NCBI RefSeq assembly: GCF_018977255.1 | Contig: NW_024704743.1 | Location: 58,902,001-58,966,000, forward strand | Source of the DNA: Callorhinchus milii | Lineage: Eukaryota | Reading direction: 5' to 3' | Length of the DNA stretch: 64,000 nt | Shown here: positions 12,625 through 25,574 of the stretch, in pieces | How the letters are laid out: the number at the start of each line of letters is the position of its first letter | Numbering within the stretch: the stretch's first letter is position 1 | Notes under the pieces: model-generated | The model's database searches: none | What the model was told of the DNA's origin: nothing | The model's input: the letters and a program-made list of their open reading frames with translations, nothing else | Position numbers and translations under genes: made by a program

Positions 12625-12948
12625 GGAGTCCTGTAGCTCAGTGGTTAGAGCACTCGCTTTGCAAGCGAGAGACCTGAGTTCAATTCCAGGCAGAGGGCGA
12701 AACCTTGGGCAAGTTTCCTTATTCCACACAGAGCCTAATAATAATCCGTCCAAAAAAACAAAACAATAATAAATTGGTCATTTTCAATCTACGACTGTTT
12801 GTGGGACATTGCTGTGCGCAATTGGCTGCCGCGTTCGCCCACAAATATACAGTCAATTCACTTTACAGTGTGTTCTGTGAAGCGCTTTGGGACGTCCTCC
12901 TGACGTGAAAAGCGCTATATCAAATGCAAGGATTATTATTATTATTAT
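12625..12948 (+). mobile_element. Young tRNA-Ala-derived SINE (short subfamily)
   Basis: Near-identical to the copies at 5659, 36789 and 54122. Confidence 0.93.
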
Positions 12949-13589
12949 ATAAACACCTATTGTATATGAAGGCAAAATAGTCTCACAGGTTAAGACTTGA
13001 TGGAATTTTAATATATTCATTAAATCTTAAGTAAAGCAAAAGTAAATTATTTCTCAAAGAAATGTTTTTTCTGCAAAAGAATCAACTGAAAAGTAATGTT
13101 TGAGTCTTTGGAATTTTTGGAGACATCTGTAGAATTATTTTGAAGGTTCACTCTGGGTTTACTGGGAAGAATAGATCACAGTATTGTGGAACGCTTGCTA
13201 AACACATGGGGAAAATGCTTAATTTCTTTGGGATTTTATTGTACGTACATTTACTTTGCATATTTATAGTGCCATAACTTGCTACCCTTTTAAAAAGGTG
13301 TGTGTTGTGTGTGCGTGTAAATGACTGAATAATAATCTTCATTTAGTAAAAAATGCAGAATCCATTTAATAAATTAGGTACTTTCCATAAATATTTAGCT
13401 TTTATCAATGTTTGCTACCAAACTCACCCAATACAATATTGCAAGATTTTTATCTTGTCAAGACAATATTCTTATTAACCCCATGAGACTATTTTGCCTT
13501 CAAATGTAATATTGCGCAGCATTGTACAAATTCAGTCTTAATTTGCAGGACAGTTGCCACTTCCACAGAAAGAAGGTTTTCTAAATTAA

Positions 13590-14237
13590 GACATTAAGGC
13601 CTGGCAGAGCGCCAACTTTTTGCACTTGAATGTCGACGAGACAGAAGCTATACTCCTTGGCTCTTGCCAACATCCGCTCACCTGTGGCTCCAACCTCCTT
13701 ATTCTCCCCAGCCCAGGCCTGACTGTCTGAACCTGTATTCAGCCTAGACATCATGTTCGATCCCCAGCTGCCCTTCCTACTCCACATCGGGTTCCTGACC
13801 AGGACTGCTTTCCTCCACCTCCTCCACATTGCCTACCTCCGACCATACCTCACAGTTTACAGAGTTGATATCCATATCCACGCATTTATCACCTCCTGAC
13901 TTGATTTTTCCAATGATTTCGTCACTGCAAAACTCATAAAATCCAATTAATTCAAAACTTCACTGCTGTATCCTCACCAGTACAAACCTCGGTGCCATCA
14001 CCCGATTCCTTGCCAGATTTCATTGGCTCCCTATTGTGGTATGGGTTTATTTCAAGATGCTCTACTTATGTATAAATCATTTCGTATCTCTCTGCCCTGT
14101 TTATACCCTATTCCACTAACCTTCCCATTTGCTTAGCTGCTCTGGCTTCCTGCGTGTCTCCCGCCCCCTCCAGTATTGGAGACCATGCTTCCAGCCTCTA
14201 TGTCTGGGATTCTGGAATTTAAATGCAAGTTGTTGTT
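13590..14237 (+). mobile_element. Old degenerate L2 fragment
   Basis: Remnants of NVDETEA, FDPQL, HAFITS and HWLP motifs; AAATGCAAGTTGTTGTT tail. Confidence 0.7.
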
Positions 14238-14949
14238 AAAGTAAAATAGTAAATGATGCTGCAGGCTAAGATGCGATGGAACATTGGTCCTACAGTGCTT
14301 AAACATTTTATTGCCTTATTCCAGTGTCAATTGTTCCTGTGTTTTTAGTTTGTCTTCATTGAAGATAAAATATTGATTCAAGAGAAAACAAGTAGCTATA
14401 GATTATATTTTTCTTCTTGTATTTTGCCCTATGTCCCTAAGTTATGTCCCTAAATTATCACAGCCATGCTTTCAGTGCCTGGGCATCACACATTTAGGTG
14501 TCAGCCTGGCTCAGTTGGTGTTTCCTCTGTCAAAAAGTTCATGGTAAAAATCCTGTTCAACCTTTTAACCTATCTCAGCAATGTGATGAGGCATATTAAA
14601 TGCATGTTTATTTATAAATGTGATTTCCACTCGCCCTGAGTAAGATCTAGGAATGATGCAATCTCTCATTCAATATTGTGGTACACGTCTTCAATCCGGC
14701 CAGGTTCTGACTTCACTTCATTTTCATGTAGCACTGTAATTGTTTTGATCAGCCGGGTTTCGTTTGTGTGCAAAAACATATCAACATGCTCAAGAGTATT
14801 CTAACTAGACTGAGTGCAAAATACATACTTTTCACTGTATTTGGGATGGATTGCACATTCTCTCCCTGGCGGGATACACAGTGCTTATCCACCAGTGGGT
14901 TAATCATGCCTCGCTGACCCCCCCCACCCCTGCCACTTGCCTTTAGTCT

Positions 14950-16906
14950 GGGCATGCACATTTTGGCTGCCTCCACCGACCCAAGCTGCTTTCCCATAAT
15001 GCTCTCACTCCTGTCCTCTACCCTGATTTACTCCCGCTTGGTCCTCCTCTCCCACAGCCCTCCCCGACTCCTATCTCTGCTCGACCGTCCCACACCCTCC
15101 CTCTGCTCCAGCCTGCAAATTCTCCATCGGGCCCACCGTGGGAGTCGCCGCTGGCTGTCCAACAGCAGCCATTCAGACTGCCCTATCCCCATTATCACCG
15201 CAAGGCCCACCGGTCCCCAATCTCCCTGATCCACATCACCCTGTTAGCCCTCCCCCACCTCGCCCCCCCACTTTCCGCTACCAACTGTCCCTTCCACATC
15301 GGTCTACAAAATATCCGCTCCCTTTCCAACAACACTCACCATCCAAGACTTCATCACTCCAGGCAACACCTTTCCCCTGACAGAGGCCACACCACCCCAT
15401 TAAAATGCTGTCATCACTCCTATCCTTAAAAAACCCTCCCTGGACTTTTCTCTACTCCCTAAATACCGCCCCATCTCCAACCTCCCCTTCCTCTCCAAGG
15501 TCCTGGAATGAGTTGTTGCTTCTCAGCTTCGCTCCTTCCTCTCCCGCCACTCCTTTCTTGAACCTCTCCAATCGGGTTTCCATGCCACTCACAGCACAGA
15601 AACAGCCCTGGTCAAAGTGACAAATCACATTCTGTCCATCTGCGACCAGGGCTCCCTCTGCCTCATTGACCTCTCTGCTGCCTTCGACACCGTCGACCAC
15701 TCTATCCTCATCCACTGCCTCTCCTCTCACCTCAGTCTCCACAGTGCTGTCCTTGACTGGTTCAGATCGTACTCTTCACACCGCCTGCACTTCATATCCT
15801 CAAACGGCTTCTCCTCTAGGCCCCGCACCATCTCGTGCAGTGTTCCTCAGGGCTCTGTCTTTGGTCCCCTCCTCTTCAATATCTATATTCTCACTCTTGG
15901 TGACATCATCCGCAGACATGGGGTCAACTTCTAACATGTATGCGGATAACACCCAACTCGACCTCTCTGCCTCTGCCCTTGACTCCAGGACCACTGCTGT
16001 CCTGACAGAATGTCTGTCAGACATCAAGTCCTGGATGAGAGCTAAATTTCTTCTGTTGAACGTCAACAAAACCGAGGCTCTCCTGATTGGTTCCCATCAG
16101 CATCTCCTCACCTCAGGCGCTGACAGCACCACCATCCATGGTTGCACACTGTACCTTGCTAAGCCAGTCCGTAACCTTGGGGTCTTGTTTGACCCTCAAC
16201 TATCCTTTTTACCCCACATCTGCATCATGACCCGCGCTGCCTTCTCGCACCTCCGCAACGTCATCCGGCCCCACCACTATCTCACACTGCAGGCCACTGA
16301 AACCCTCATACATGCTTTCATTATATCCAGGCTTGACTATGCAAACTCATTGCTTGTCGACCTCCCAAACTCCTCCCTCCACAGGCAGCAGATCATCCAG
16401 AACTCTGCAGCCCGTGTCCTCTCCCCCACTAGGCTCCACGACCCTATCACCCCCATCCTCACCAACTCCACTGGCTTCCCATCACATAGAGGATACAGTT
16501 CAAGATCCTGGTCCTCATCTTCAAAGTCCTTCATAGTCTTGCTCTCCCCTACCTCCACAACCTCTTAACCCCCTACCATCCTGTTCGCTCCCTCCGCTCA
16601 GCGGGCTCCAACCTGCTTCACGACCCCCGCCTCGCTCACTCCACTATGGCGGCCGGGCCGACTGCCACTTTGCACCCACCCTCTGGAACTCCATCCCGCA
16701 GTCCCTCTCCCTCGCCCCATCCATGTTACCTTCAAGACCCATCTCAAGACCCTCCTCTTCGACCGTGCTTTCGATCTCACTGCTTCCCCCCTGCCCTCCA
16801 CCCTCCGCCACCCCACCCCCCAGCTCGGGTCCGTAACTCTGTCTGTCCAGCGCCTTGGGATGTCCTCCCGACTTGACAGGCGCTTTACAAATGTAATTTT
16901 GTTGTT
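14950..16906 (+). mobile_element. Longest L2 copy: 5' region, start of APE, internal deletion, RT and 3' end
   Basis: HRGSRR, then FHIGLQNIRSLSN (APE start, ~15292), then AVITPILKKP..YRPISNLPFLSKVLE, DLSAAFDTVDH, VPQGSVFGP and YADNTQL, then 3' hairpin and tail; contains stops and frameshifts. Confidence 0.92.
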
Positions 16907-17736
16907 CCTTATGTTATTCCAGAAAATATTGGAGACAGTTTGGTGAGAGCTGAGGCTTAGAGACTCCAGACTTTATTTTGGATTCTGCTGGAGTTTAACC
17001 ATCTAAAATCACATTGTTTCCCTTTGCAAGCACTGACAAGCTTCCCACTGGTTGTCCAACTAGAACGATCCTTCTCAGGACTTTAGCTTTGGTTAACCTT
17101 TGCAAGCTTAACAAGTGAAAAGAATTCCTGCCTCCAATACCTGGTCTGCCCCTCTAAGTCCCGCTGCTGCCAATAGTTCTTTGCAAACAATGTTATTTTG
17201 GAGCCAGCTCATTCTCAAGGGTACTCTGCTTACAGACCCACTTCCAAGGAGTACTGTACTCAATCACTCAACTAGAACAAGAGCCTGGATTCTGACCTGT
17301 ATTTTATAATAATAATACTTGCATTTGATATAGCACCTTATCATGTTGTTGAGACATCTCAAAGCGTTTCACTGAATAAATTGTAAAGTGGATTGACTGT
17401 ATAATTGTGGGCGAAACGTGGCAGCCAATTGTGGACATTTTTTACAATCAATCGTTAATGTCGTTTATTTTCCTCCTCCCTCTGTTCCCTCCCCTATCCA
17501 CTCAGCATTAAACACGGCCTTTTTGACAAGAGAAGAAACAAAAATAATTGCACCTGTTATCTACAAAACAAGATTGTTCTGATGTACGCATGTGTGTGTG
17601 TGTCGTGCCTGGGTTGGGGTTAAAGAAAGATCTTGTCTTACCTGTGTGTGTGTGTAAGTGTTTGGAGGGTGGGAGGAATAGGCTAATTAAAACTGAACAC
17701 TCCCACTTTCACAAGGCTGGAAGTTTGACCCAGGCC

Positions 17737-18080
17737 AAATTCAACTTGCACTTACATAGCGCCCTCCATGCAAGATAGTGTCTCAGAGCGCTTAACAGTG
17801 ATGGAACCTGACTCCGAGCCAGGAGGAGGGGGGAGTTGGCCGTAAGCACGGACAAAGAGGCAAGGTTTTCAGGTGGGACTTGAAAAATGGGAGAGAGGAG
17901 GTAAGGCGGAGAGAATGAGGGAGAGTGTTTCAGAGTTTTGGGGTGTAGTGGCTGAAAGCACGACTTCTGATGGTGGGGCAGAGGGTGCAAGGGACGAGCA
18001 GGAAGCCGTTACCTGTCGAGTGGAGGTGCCGGGTTGTGGATTGGGGAGTGAGGAGGTTGGAGAGGTAAGGAGGTCACCAT
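17737..18080 (-). mobile_element. Second L2 family, 3' fragment
   Basis: 3' end GGCTCGGAGTCAGG...AGCGCTCTGAGAC...GGAGGGCGCTAT.TAAGTGCAAG is shared with 50920-51430. Confidence 0.8.
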
Positions 18081-18184
18081 TCACGGAAACTGGTTTGGGA
18101 CATGAGTTGGGGTTGCCTTTTTGAAAGCAGAAATGTCACGTCACCCCGTTTCATAGCTTAATCGACTCACACTGCTTAAACATA

Positions 18185-18894
18185 ACAAAAAAATTACATT
18201 TGTGTAGCGCCTTTCACGTCAGGAGGGCATCCCAACTGCTGGACAGTCAGAGTTTCGGACCCGAGCTGGGGCTTGGGGTGGGGGAGGGTGGAGGGCAGGA
18301 GGGGAAATAGGGAGATCGAAAGCACGGTCAAAGAGGAGGGTCTGAGATGGGTCTTGAAGGAGGCAACAGAGAGGGTGAAGTGGAGGGAGCGGGCAGGATG
18401 GTAGGGGGTTAGGAGGATGCAGAGGTAGTGGGGAGTAAGACCATGAAGGGCTTTGAAGATGAGAACCAGGATCTGAACTGTATCCTCCTTGTGATGGGAA
18501 GCCAGTGGAGTTGGGCGAGGATGGGGCTGATAATAATAACTAATAATAATAATCCTTGCATTTGATATAGTGCTTTTCATGTCTTCTAGATGGCTCAAAG
18601 CGCTTCACAGAATATACTGTAAAGTGAATTGACTGTATATTTGTGGGCATAACGCGGCAGCCAGTTGTGCACAGCAGTGTCCCACAAACAGTCATGGATT
18701 GAAGTGACCAATTTATTATTCTTTTTCTTGAGGGATTATTATCAGGCATGTGGAGTAAGGAAACTTGCCCAAGGTTTCGCCCTCCTGGGAATCAAACCCA
18801 GGTCTCTTGCTTGCGAGGCGAGTATTCTAACCACTGAGCTACAGGTCTCCCGTGATAGGGTCACAAAGCCTGGTGCAGGAGAGGACACAGGCTG
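18185..18894 (-). mobile_element. L2 3' fragment interrupted by a SINE
   Basis: L2 sequence at 18185-18532 resumes at 18853-18894 (GTGATAGGGTC...GAGAGGACAC), matching the 16412-16450 L2 segment. Confidence 0.85.
18533..18850 (-). mobile_element. tRNA-derived SINE (intermediate subfamily) nested in L2
   Basis: Full head to (TTA)n tail on the minus strand, flanked by a TGATA direct repeat. Confidence 0.9.
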
Positions 18895-18947
18895 CTTAAC
18901 GGCCTTGTATGTATGTATGTGCGTGTGAATGCTTTTTAAGCGTCCAA

Positions 18948-19342
18948 GGAGTCCTGTAGCTCAGTGGTTAGAGCACTCGCCTCGCAAGTGAGAGGCCCTT
19001 GGTTCGATTCCCGGGTGGATCAGGTTGGAGTGAAATGTTGGACAGGTTTCCTTACTCCACCCACACCCGGTTCTGTTTACCTTGCAGTCAGTAGGAACCC
19101 ACTTGTTAGTCGATTGGTGGATTCTTTTCCGGGGGTAATAATTTTCCCCCCAAAAAATAATAATTTGGTCACTCACTCAATCCACAACTGTTTGGGGGAC
19201 ACTGCTGTGCGCAATTAGCTGCCGTGTTTCACACACAAAATATATATAGTTGATTCACTTGACAGTGTATCCTGTGAAGCACTGTGAAACGTCTTGAAGG
19301 CGTGATAAGGTGCTGTATCAAATGTAAGGATTATTATTATTA
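18948..19342 (+). mobile_element. tRNA-derived SINE (long subfamily)
   Basis: Same head and tail, plus an extra middle block CTGTTTACC..GCAGT.AGTAGGAACCC..TTGTTAGTCGATTGG. Confidence 0.9.
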
Positions 19343-22300
19343 CTCCATGGGACTCCTCACTTTTACTGAGGTACCTTGAGCGAGACAGAACAAAAACCTG
19401 AATATTTTTAAATCACAGTTGCATCTTTCAACCAAATTTGTTCAGATTAATTTGAAAAATAAGCCATAAGCATAATAGACAATTAAGACATCAAAAAAAT
19501 AACATTTTGGAAAGCAGAATATTTAATAATATGCCAAAAGCCAATTAAGAATTTGTTCTTTCAAAACTTCCCTTCCAGCCCAAATTTGAATTGCTGCATT
19601 CTCAGACTCGTGTATACTTTCACATAATGAATCTACTTGGTTGGAACACTGATAAGATGTTCCCATTTGACTGATAATAAACCTTGCATTTGATATAGCA
19701 ACTTATCATGTCTTCGAGGCTTCTCAAATTGTACAGTGAATATATTGTACAGTGAATTGACTGTGTATTTTGTGGACAAAACACAGCATAAACACCATTG
19801 CTGCTGAATACAGGAATGTTTTGAGCTTGGTTGTTGAAGACCATTTATTTGTTTTGATGGTATTTCACATACAGATGCAGTTAGCATATAAATGTAGTGT
19901 GTGATTACATAGTAAAATTTTGAGGACACTGAAACTGTACCTTAATGGTATTCCTGTTCAAGTGAGCAATAGTGTGTATTTTTAACTAAATGTAAATCTT
20001 AACCACTTAATAGTCAAGAGGCCTATCTGTTTACCACTGATTGGATAAGAATTTAGCCATCAATATTAAGCTGTGAGCAAGATTAGCAAAGCATTTTTTT
20101 ATGACTTTGGGGTAGAATTAAAAAGATATAGCTTATGTTCTGTGCTCTCTGGATAAAGCATTTCTTAATGTAGCATTGATAAGCGTTCTGATTTTAAAAA
20201 AATGTTTCTATCAATTGTTTATAATGTTAGAAAATAAGATTAAGAAATTGATTTTCTTTCACCCAAATTGCATGCTGCATTCGCAGCAATACTGCCATTG
20301 TTTTTAAAGAAAACTTTAACTTAAATGATGGACCCACTGTAGAATCTTATTACAAACTATTGATTTATAATTCTGGGCTTAAAAGGAATTTGGATGCCAC
20401 AATGTGTTGGATGATACAACATATTCAATACATTTTGTTATATTATTTTCCATTACCAAGGACAATAGATAGCTTTGTGTTATCAGAAAAAAGATACTGT
20501 CTGGATGACTGCTTTCAGGAAATTTATGTTTGCTTGCGTTGTATTCATTTTATAAAATAATTTTCTCTATGTATTACTGTAAATTTGTGTGCTTTCTTCA
20601 TTTTTTGCCTGTTTCTCTAGGCTACTATTTAAGGCAATTCTCTCAATATCGTGATACCCTAGTTCACCCAAATCATTGTATTATCCTACTCTAAAATAAG
20701 CAGTTACATGAAAAATAAAATTATGTATCCAAGTAGAAAAGACAAATCTTTTACCTTCAGGAGTGAAAGAGGAGACGGGAAGACATTGTACAAGAAATAT
20801 TAGCAGAATGTTTTAAAAATTAAAACTGATTAGCAGCAATTATAATATTTACAATAACCATGACAGACCACCAAAGCAGGAACCTAAATTTGCCAACAGG
20901 CTTCGGTACACAGCGAGCTGATGATAATAATAATAATCCTTGCATTTGTTATAGCACCTTATCACGCCTTTGATACGTCTCTGATGCTGTAGTTGACTAA
21001 ACTGAACGCACATAAAACATTGAAATGGGAAGACCAGCCAAGGAGAACAGCAAATGGCTACCGCTGTTCCATACGAGGGGCTTCCAAACGGAGAAAGGAA
21101 ACCCCAGAGTATACATCCAGTGCTCAAGCTAGTGATGAAGTATTCTACCACAACATTGTCTGGGACTCTGCTAGAGTCCCTATAAGCACTGCAAGGTCAG
21201 GAAACTTATGGTATCAACACCTCAGCTGCCTCCTCCCCTCTAGGGGAAGGATGAACAGGCACAAACACACCCAAATGTGGCTCCTGACATTAGTGTTATT
21301 ATGTATTGCAAATTCTCCTGTGAGCACCACACCAACAACAAGCAGGGGTCCACAGACGGGAAGAGAATACTTCAAACTTTCCGATACAAAGTATGAGCCC
21401 ACAGGATTCAGAGTCCCACTGTGCCACAGCAGTTGCGGTCTCCCCATCTAAGAGAGTAGGCAGGGAATGTAAGCAGGCCGTGTTTAAAGACAGTGGAGGT
21501 TGGTGGATGAGGAGGGAGAGGAGATGGAAAAGAGCCCATTGCAGTGTTAAGTGAATTGTACAGAAGAGCTTGCTCTTTGCTGCCTGAGTATGACTTTGTA
21601 AATCAGGAAATTTTCCACGACATTTTATATTTATCACAAATGTTACCATGATTGTGCAGGACCAGTTGAATTTCACTATAGGCTATGTTGCCCCTGTTGG
21701 CTAGACCACTGGAGCAGATAAAGAAGAGATCACCGATTGCAGTGGAAAGCACTGTAGCCAAACTGACTCTTCATTGGCAAACCTAAAACAGTTGTATTGT
21801 ATTGTGTGGATTAGCTTTAGATTGAAGAGCTTTGAAGGCATACATTTAAATCCACACAGACACCATTAAAATTACATTGATGTTCTTTACCACAGCATAA
21901 TGAAAATAAGCTGCTCACTTTTGATAAGATTTTTAAAATTAAATATTTATTATACTTGGAGCCATTTGGGGGATGCAGTTATGAAAGAACTGATGTTTTG
22001 GGTTGTTACGGGGGAAGGAGCCATGGAAAGAATTAAAAGCAAAGTGTATATGGATTATTTTAATAACACTCTGGTACAGTATATGTAGTGGTACTACAAT
22101 TACTTCAACTACAAGAAACATATTTCTTGTTGGGTTTTATCTGAAAATAATCTTCAGAATTGTTTGCATTGAATAAGAGGATTTTCATGCAGGATTACAC
22201 ATATAATTCTAAAGTCATCCTTTCAGTATTTAAATGGACTGCGTGTTTGTACTTAGTTATTCTGTAATGTCAGAGCCTGCTGTTGAAAAGCTTTTTTAGA

Positions 22301-23734
22301 ATATTCTAATATGAAGCTATGTGACTGAATTCTTATCACAGACCTCTATCCTTCATTTGCATTTACAAAAGCCATATCTGCAAGGCTGCAAAGCTGTGTT
22401 CTGCCTGAATGCTGAACATACAGTATCTTCAGTTTGTCAAAGGTTCATGGTGATAGAATCAGAAAACTTGCAATTTATTTCTGCTGTTATTTAAATATAT
22501 TATAAATGTATGTCTGGAGTGGTTCCTAAAATGAGGATTTCCTTCAATTTCAACTCCTAATTACCATCATTATATAAAACTATTATTACAAAATGTCCAT
22601 CGATCACTGTCAACCTCAGTATATATTTGGATTTTGGATAAAGCCCAGAGAAAATGATGAATCTGTTGATTTTTTGAATATATAGTATCAATGAACAAGC
22701 TGTTAACTACATCAAACATTCCCTGAACAGCTAATAGACTGCAGAATTTCAAGCACTGGCCAATGATTGACCAACTACATAAAAACGTGGATGATTTTGA
22801 AGGCCACAAATTCAACTGTGACATTTTAAGTTAAGATTTTTTAGATACACATTGTTCTGTATAAAAGCATTTGGCATATGACTGGGGATACTTTAGTCGT
22901 ATTAGTAGAAAGTGACAATTTTGTCAACGGTTTTGGTTAGAAAAAAGTCACTGGACAATAAGAAGGATTGCAGAGTAAGACAATCTAGCACAAGTGAAAA
23001 ATTCATCTGTATCCTGAGCATCACAGCGATGCCTTGATTTTAACAATCTGAGGCATGATACTTCATTCCAAATGAAACTTTTGCCCCCAGGTCCCCCTGC
23101 ACAGTCTTAACCAATCAAGCCCAGTTCCTCCACGAGTTATTTATTCCTGGAGAACTACGAAGAGAAGCAATCTGATAGGCAATTTCTTCCAATAGTAAGT
23201 GAATCTGAATGATCTGTGTCCACTGCATCCTTTTTCATATCATTTGGGAGATCAAATGTATAAATTAATATTTCATTTCAGGAAAAGTAATTATGCAGAA
23301 AAGAGATGTCAATTAACTTTTAACTTGGCATGAGATCACTATTATATTGTAATGGGGTTAGCTAAATAATTTGATTGCATTATTGGGAAATTCAGTCCTG
23401 AATTTCTCAATTGGTTCCAATGAACACTAAGCATACATTAGCCCAATCTTCCCTTGGCACAGTGAAAAGCACAGATCAAAGGTATGCTAAAAAGCAGAAG
23501 ACATTTGAATGGAGCACTTTATTCGAGTCTGGATTGACTTCAATTCCTTTGAACCTGGTTTATAACACTGCTAATTTAGGTACTGAAGGCTTCCAGATGT
23601 TTCTGTATAAATTAAACTTGAATTCCCTCAAAGGAATTTATCACGTCAGTCTGCATGAGGGTACTCCCTATCTGAGCAATGGATTCAGTCCCACATCGCA
23701 GAAGCACAACTATTCCTTGTGGGCCAGTTTGTAT

Positions 23735-23945
23735 CAGTTGTTAACATGTCAGGACTTGAACTCACATTGTCTAAGTATTTTGTATTGTTGGAGGTGCCGT
23801 CTTTCAGATTAGACATTAAACCAAGGTCCTGCCTGTCTGATCAGGGATTCAAGATCTCACAATAGTGTTCAAAAAAGAAGTTTTCCCAGTGCCCTACCAA
23901 CAACCTCCCAAATAGAATTGGTCATTCGGTTTGTGCAACATTGCT
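23735..23945 (+). mobile_element. Deu-domain SINE fragment
   Basis: GGAGGTGCCGTCTTTCAGAT.AGACATTAAACCAAGGTCC core. Confidence 0.7.
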
Positions 23946-25574
23946 GACAAGGAGGTGGAAACATTAATTATTTCATTAAACTGGCCTTTTAAGTATACTT
24001 CTAAACTGAACTGTCCATTAGCAATTTTGTACAAACGAAATGGTGCATTTTCATATAAAATAGTTTTAAAAAATACTGCATTATAGTATCTGATAAAATT
24101 GCTTTTCCACAAATATCAAAATAAATTTCAAAATTATTCATTGCTAAACTAATATCAGGCATTATTGGATTGTCTTTTGTAGTAGTCAAATTAAAAGGCG
24201 AAGGCTAAATATTGATGAAAATGCTACTTCAACTTGCTGTGGTTTTATGCCAAAATAGACACCGTGATTAGTTCCTGCCCCTCCAAAAAGGAAAGCTTTC
24301 ATGGATTCTTGCAGCAGGATTAAGACATGTAAATTTTAATTATGTACAAAGGCGAGTCATGCTGTATTTAAAAAAAGTTTTTAAGGAAAGGGGAAGAATT
24401 TTTGCTGTTGAAAAATTATTAGCTTAGTTTTCTAATAGTGTTTTCATTGGAGTAGCATTAATTGATAACCCTTTCATTTGATGTAGAGGCTTTCACAGTG
24501 GGAGGATGCCTCAAATTTAACAGCGGTGATCAAGATTTGTCCCATTGACATTTTTCATATCATGAAACCCTTGTGCCATTTGTAAATGATTCAAGATAAA
24601 CACCCTCTTCCCCCGCCACTCTTTTTCATAAGGAAAACAAAGTACACAGGAAGAGGACATTCAGCCCATCGAGCCTATTCTACACGTTTATTGGATTTTT
24701 GGCAGGATCTTTTTTCATCCCAAATACCCCCTTCCCCTTTCGCCATACTTGAATATCTTTCTAAATGTTATCAGTCTACGTTGTTTCACAGTTGGATGTC
24801 CGCCAGATGTGAAAGGCGCTATATAAATGTAATTTTGTTGTTCAGGGAATGCTAACCAATTTCAATTTAAATAAACACATCCATATAAAAAGACCTATAG
24901 TTCAGTGGTTCTCAGCTAAGGTCGGTTCTAAAATTGGGCTCAGTGTCTATATGCTGGAAATCTGTTCCCAATTATTATCCAGTGACTGACAAACCAGGAC
25001 AGGAGGAAGTATGTCTCTCACTGTCTGGGCTCAGCTGATTCATGATGAATGGTCTTTTCATTGAGATAAGAAGGCTGGACTGCACATATTTCCATAAATT
25101 TCAACTGAGGGATGCACATAAAAGCACACATTTACACTGCTGCAATTTAATATTTAATATTTCCAAAATGCAAAGCAAAGATGTAAACATGCAGAAGCAA
25201 AAAAATCATTCCTCAGGATTAATTTAAAAAACTTGATTCATAAAAACAGCTGACATTGTAAATGGCCCCCCTTCTATTTCTAATATTGAACAAATATGCA
25301 TCATGGATTACATCTGTGGCAGTGAGTGATTGCTAATTCTAGATCATACCAAATTACCAGATTTTCAGATGACGAAGGCCCTTCCTTTGGCCCATTTGAT
25401 AGCATTTCAGAATATGTACCCTACAAGCACCTCATTACATTAAATTGTTTCTCACACAATTCTGGCATCCAGATCTCAGCCAAACTCCCTGTAAACTTGT
25501 TCGAGGTGTTGTTTATCTCTAATGGAAGAAATGCTTTCTGGTGTCTCCTAAAACTGCCTCTCTTTGTCACAAGT

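Noticed and set aside
12625..12700. Apparent tRNA-Ala genes
   Set aside because: No acceptor stem or poly-T terminator, and each continues into a SINE body and (TTA)n tail.
15617..16568. Reverse transcriptase ORFs as a retron, DGR or domesticated RT
   Set aside because: Motifs and 3' tail are standard L2 LINE, with frameshifts and stops and many sibling fragments.
19342..19356. ACTCCAT and GGACTCC/GGAGTCC words just after the tails of two long-subfamily SINEs (also 58650-58668)
   Set aside because: Only two short matches and absent at other copies; chance cannot be excluded.
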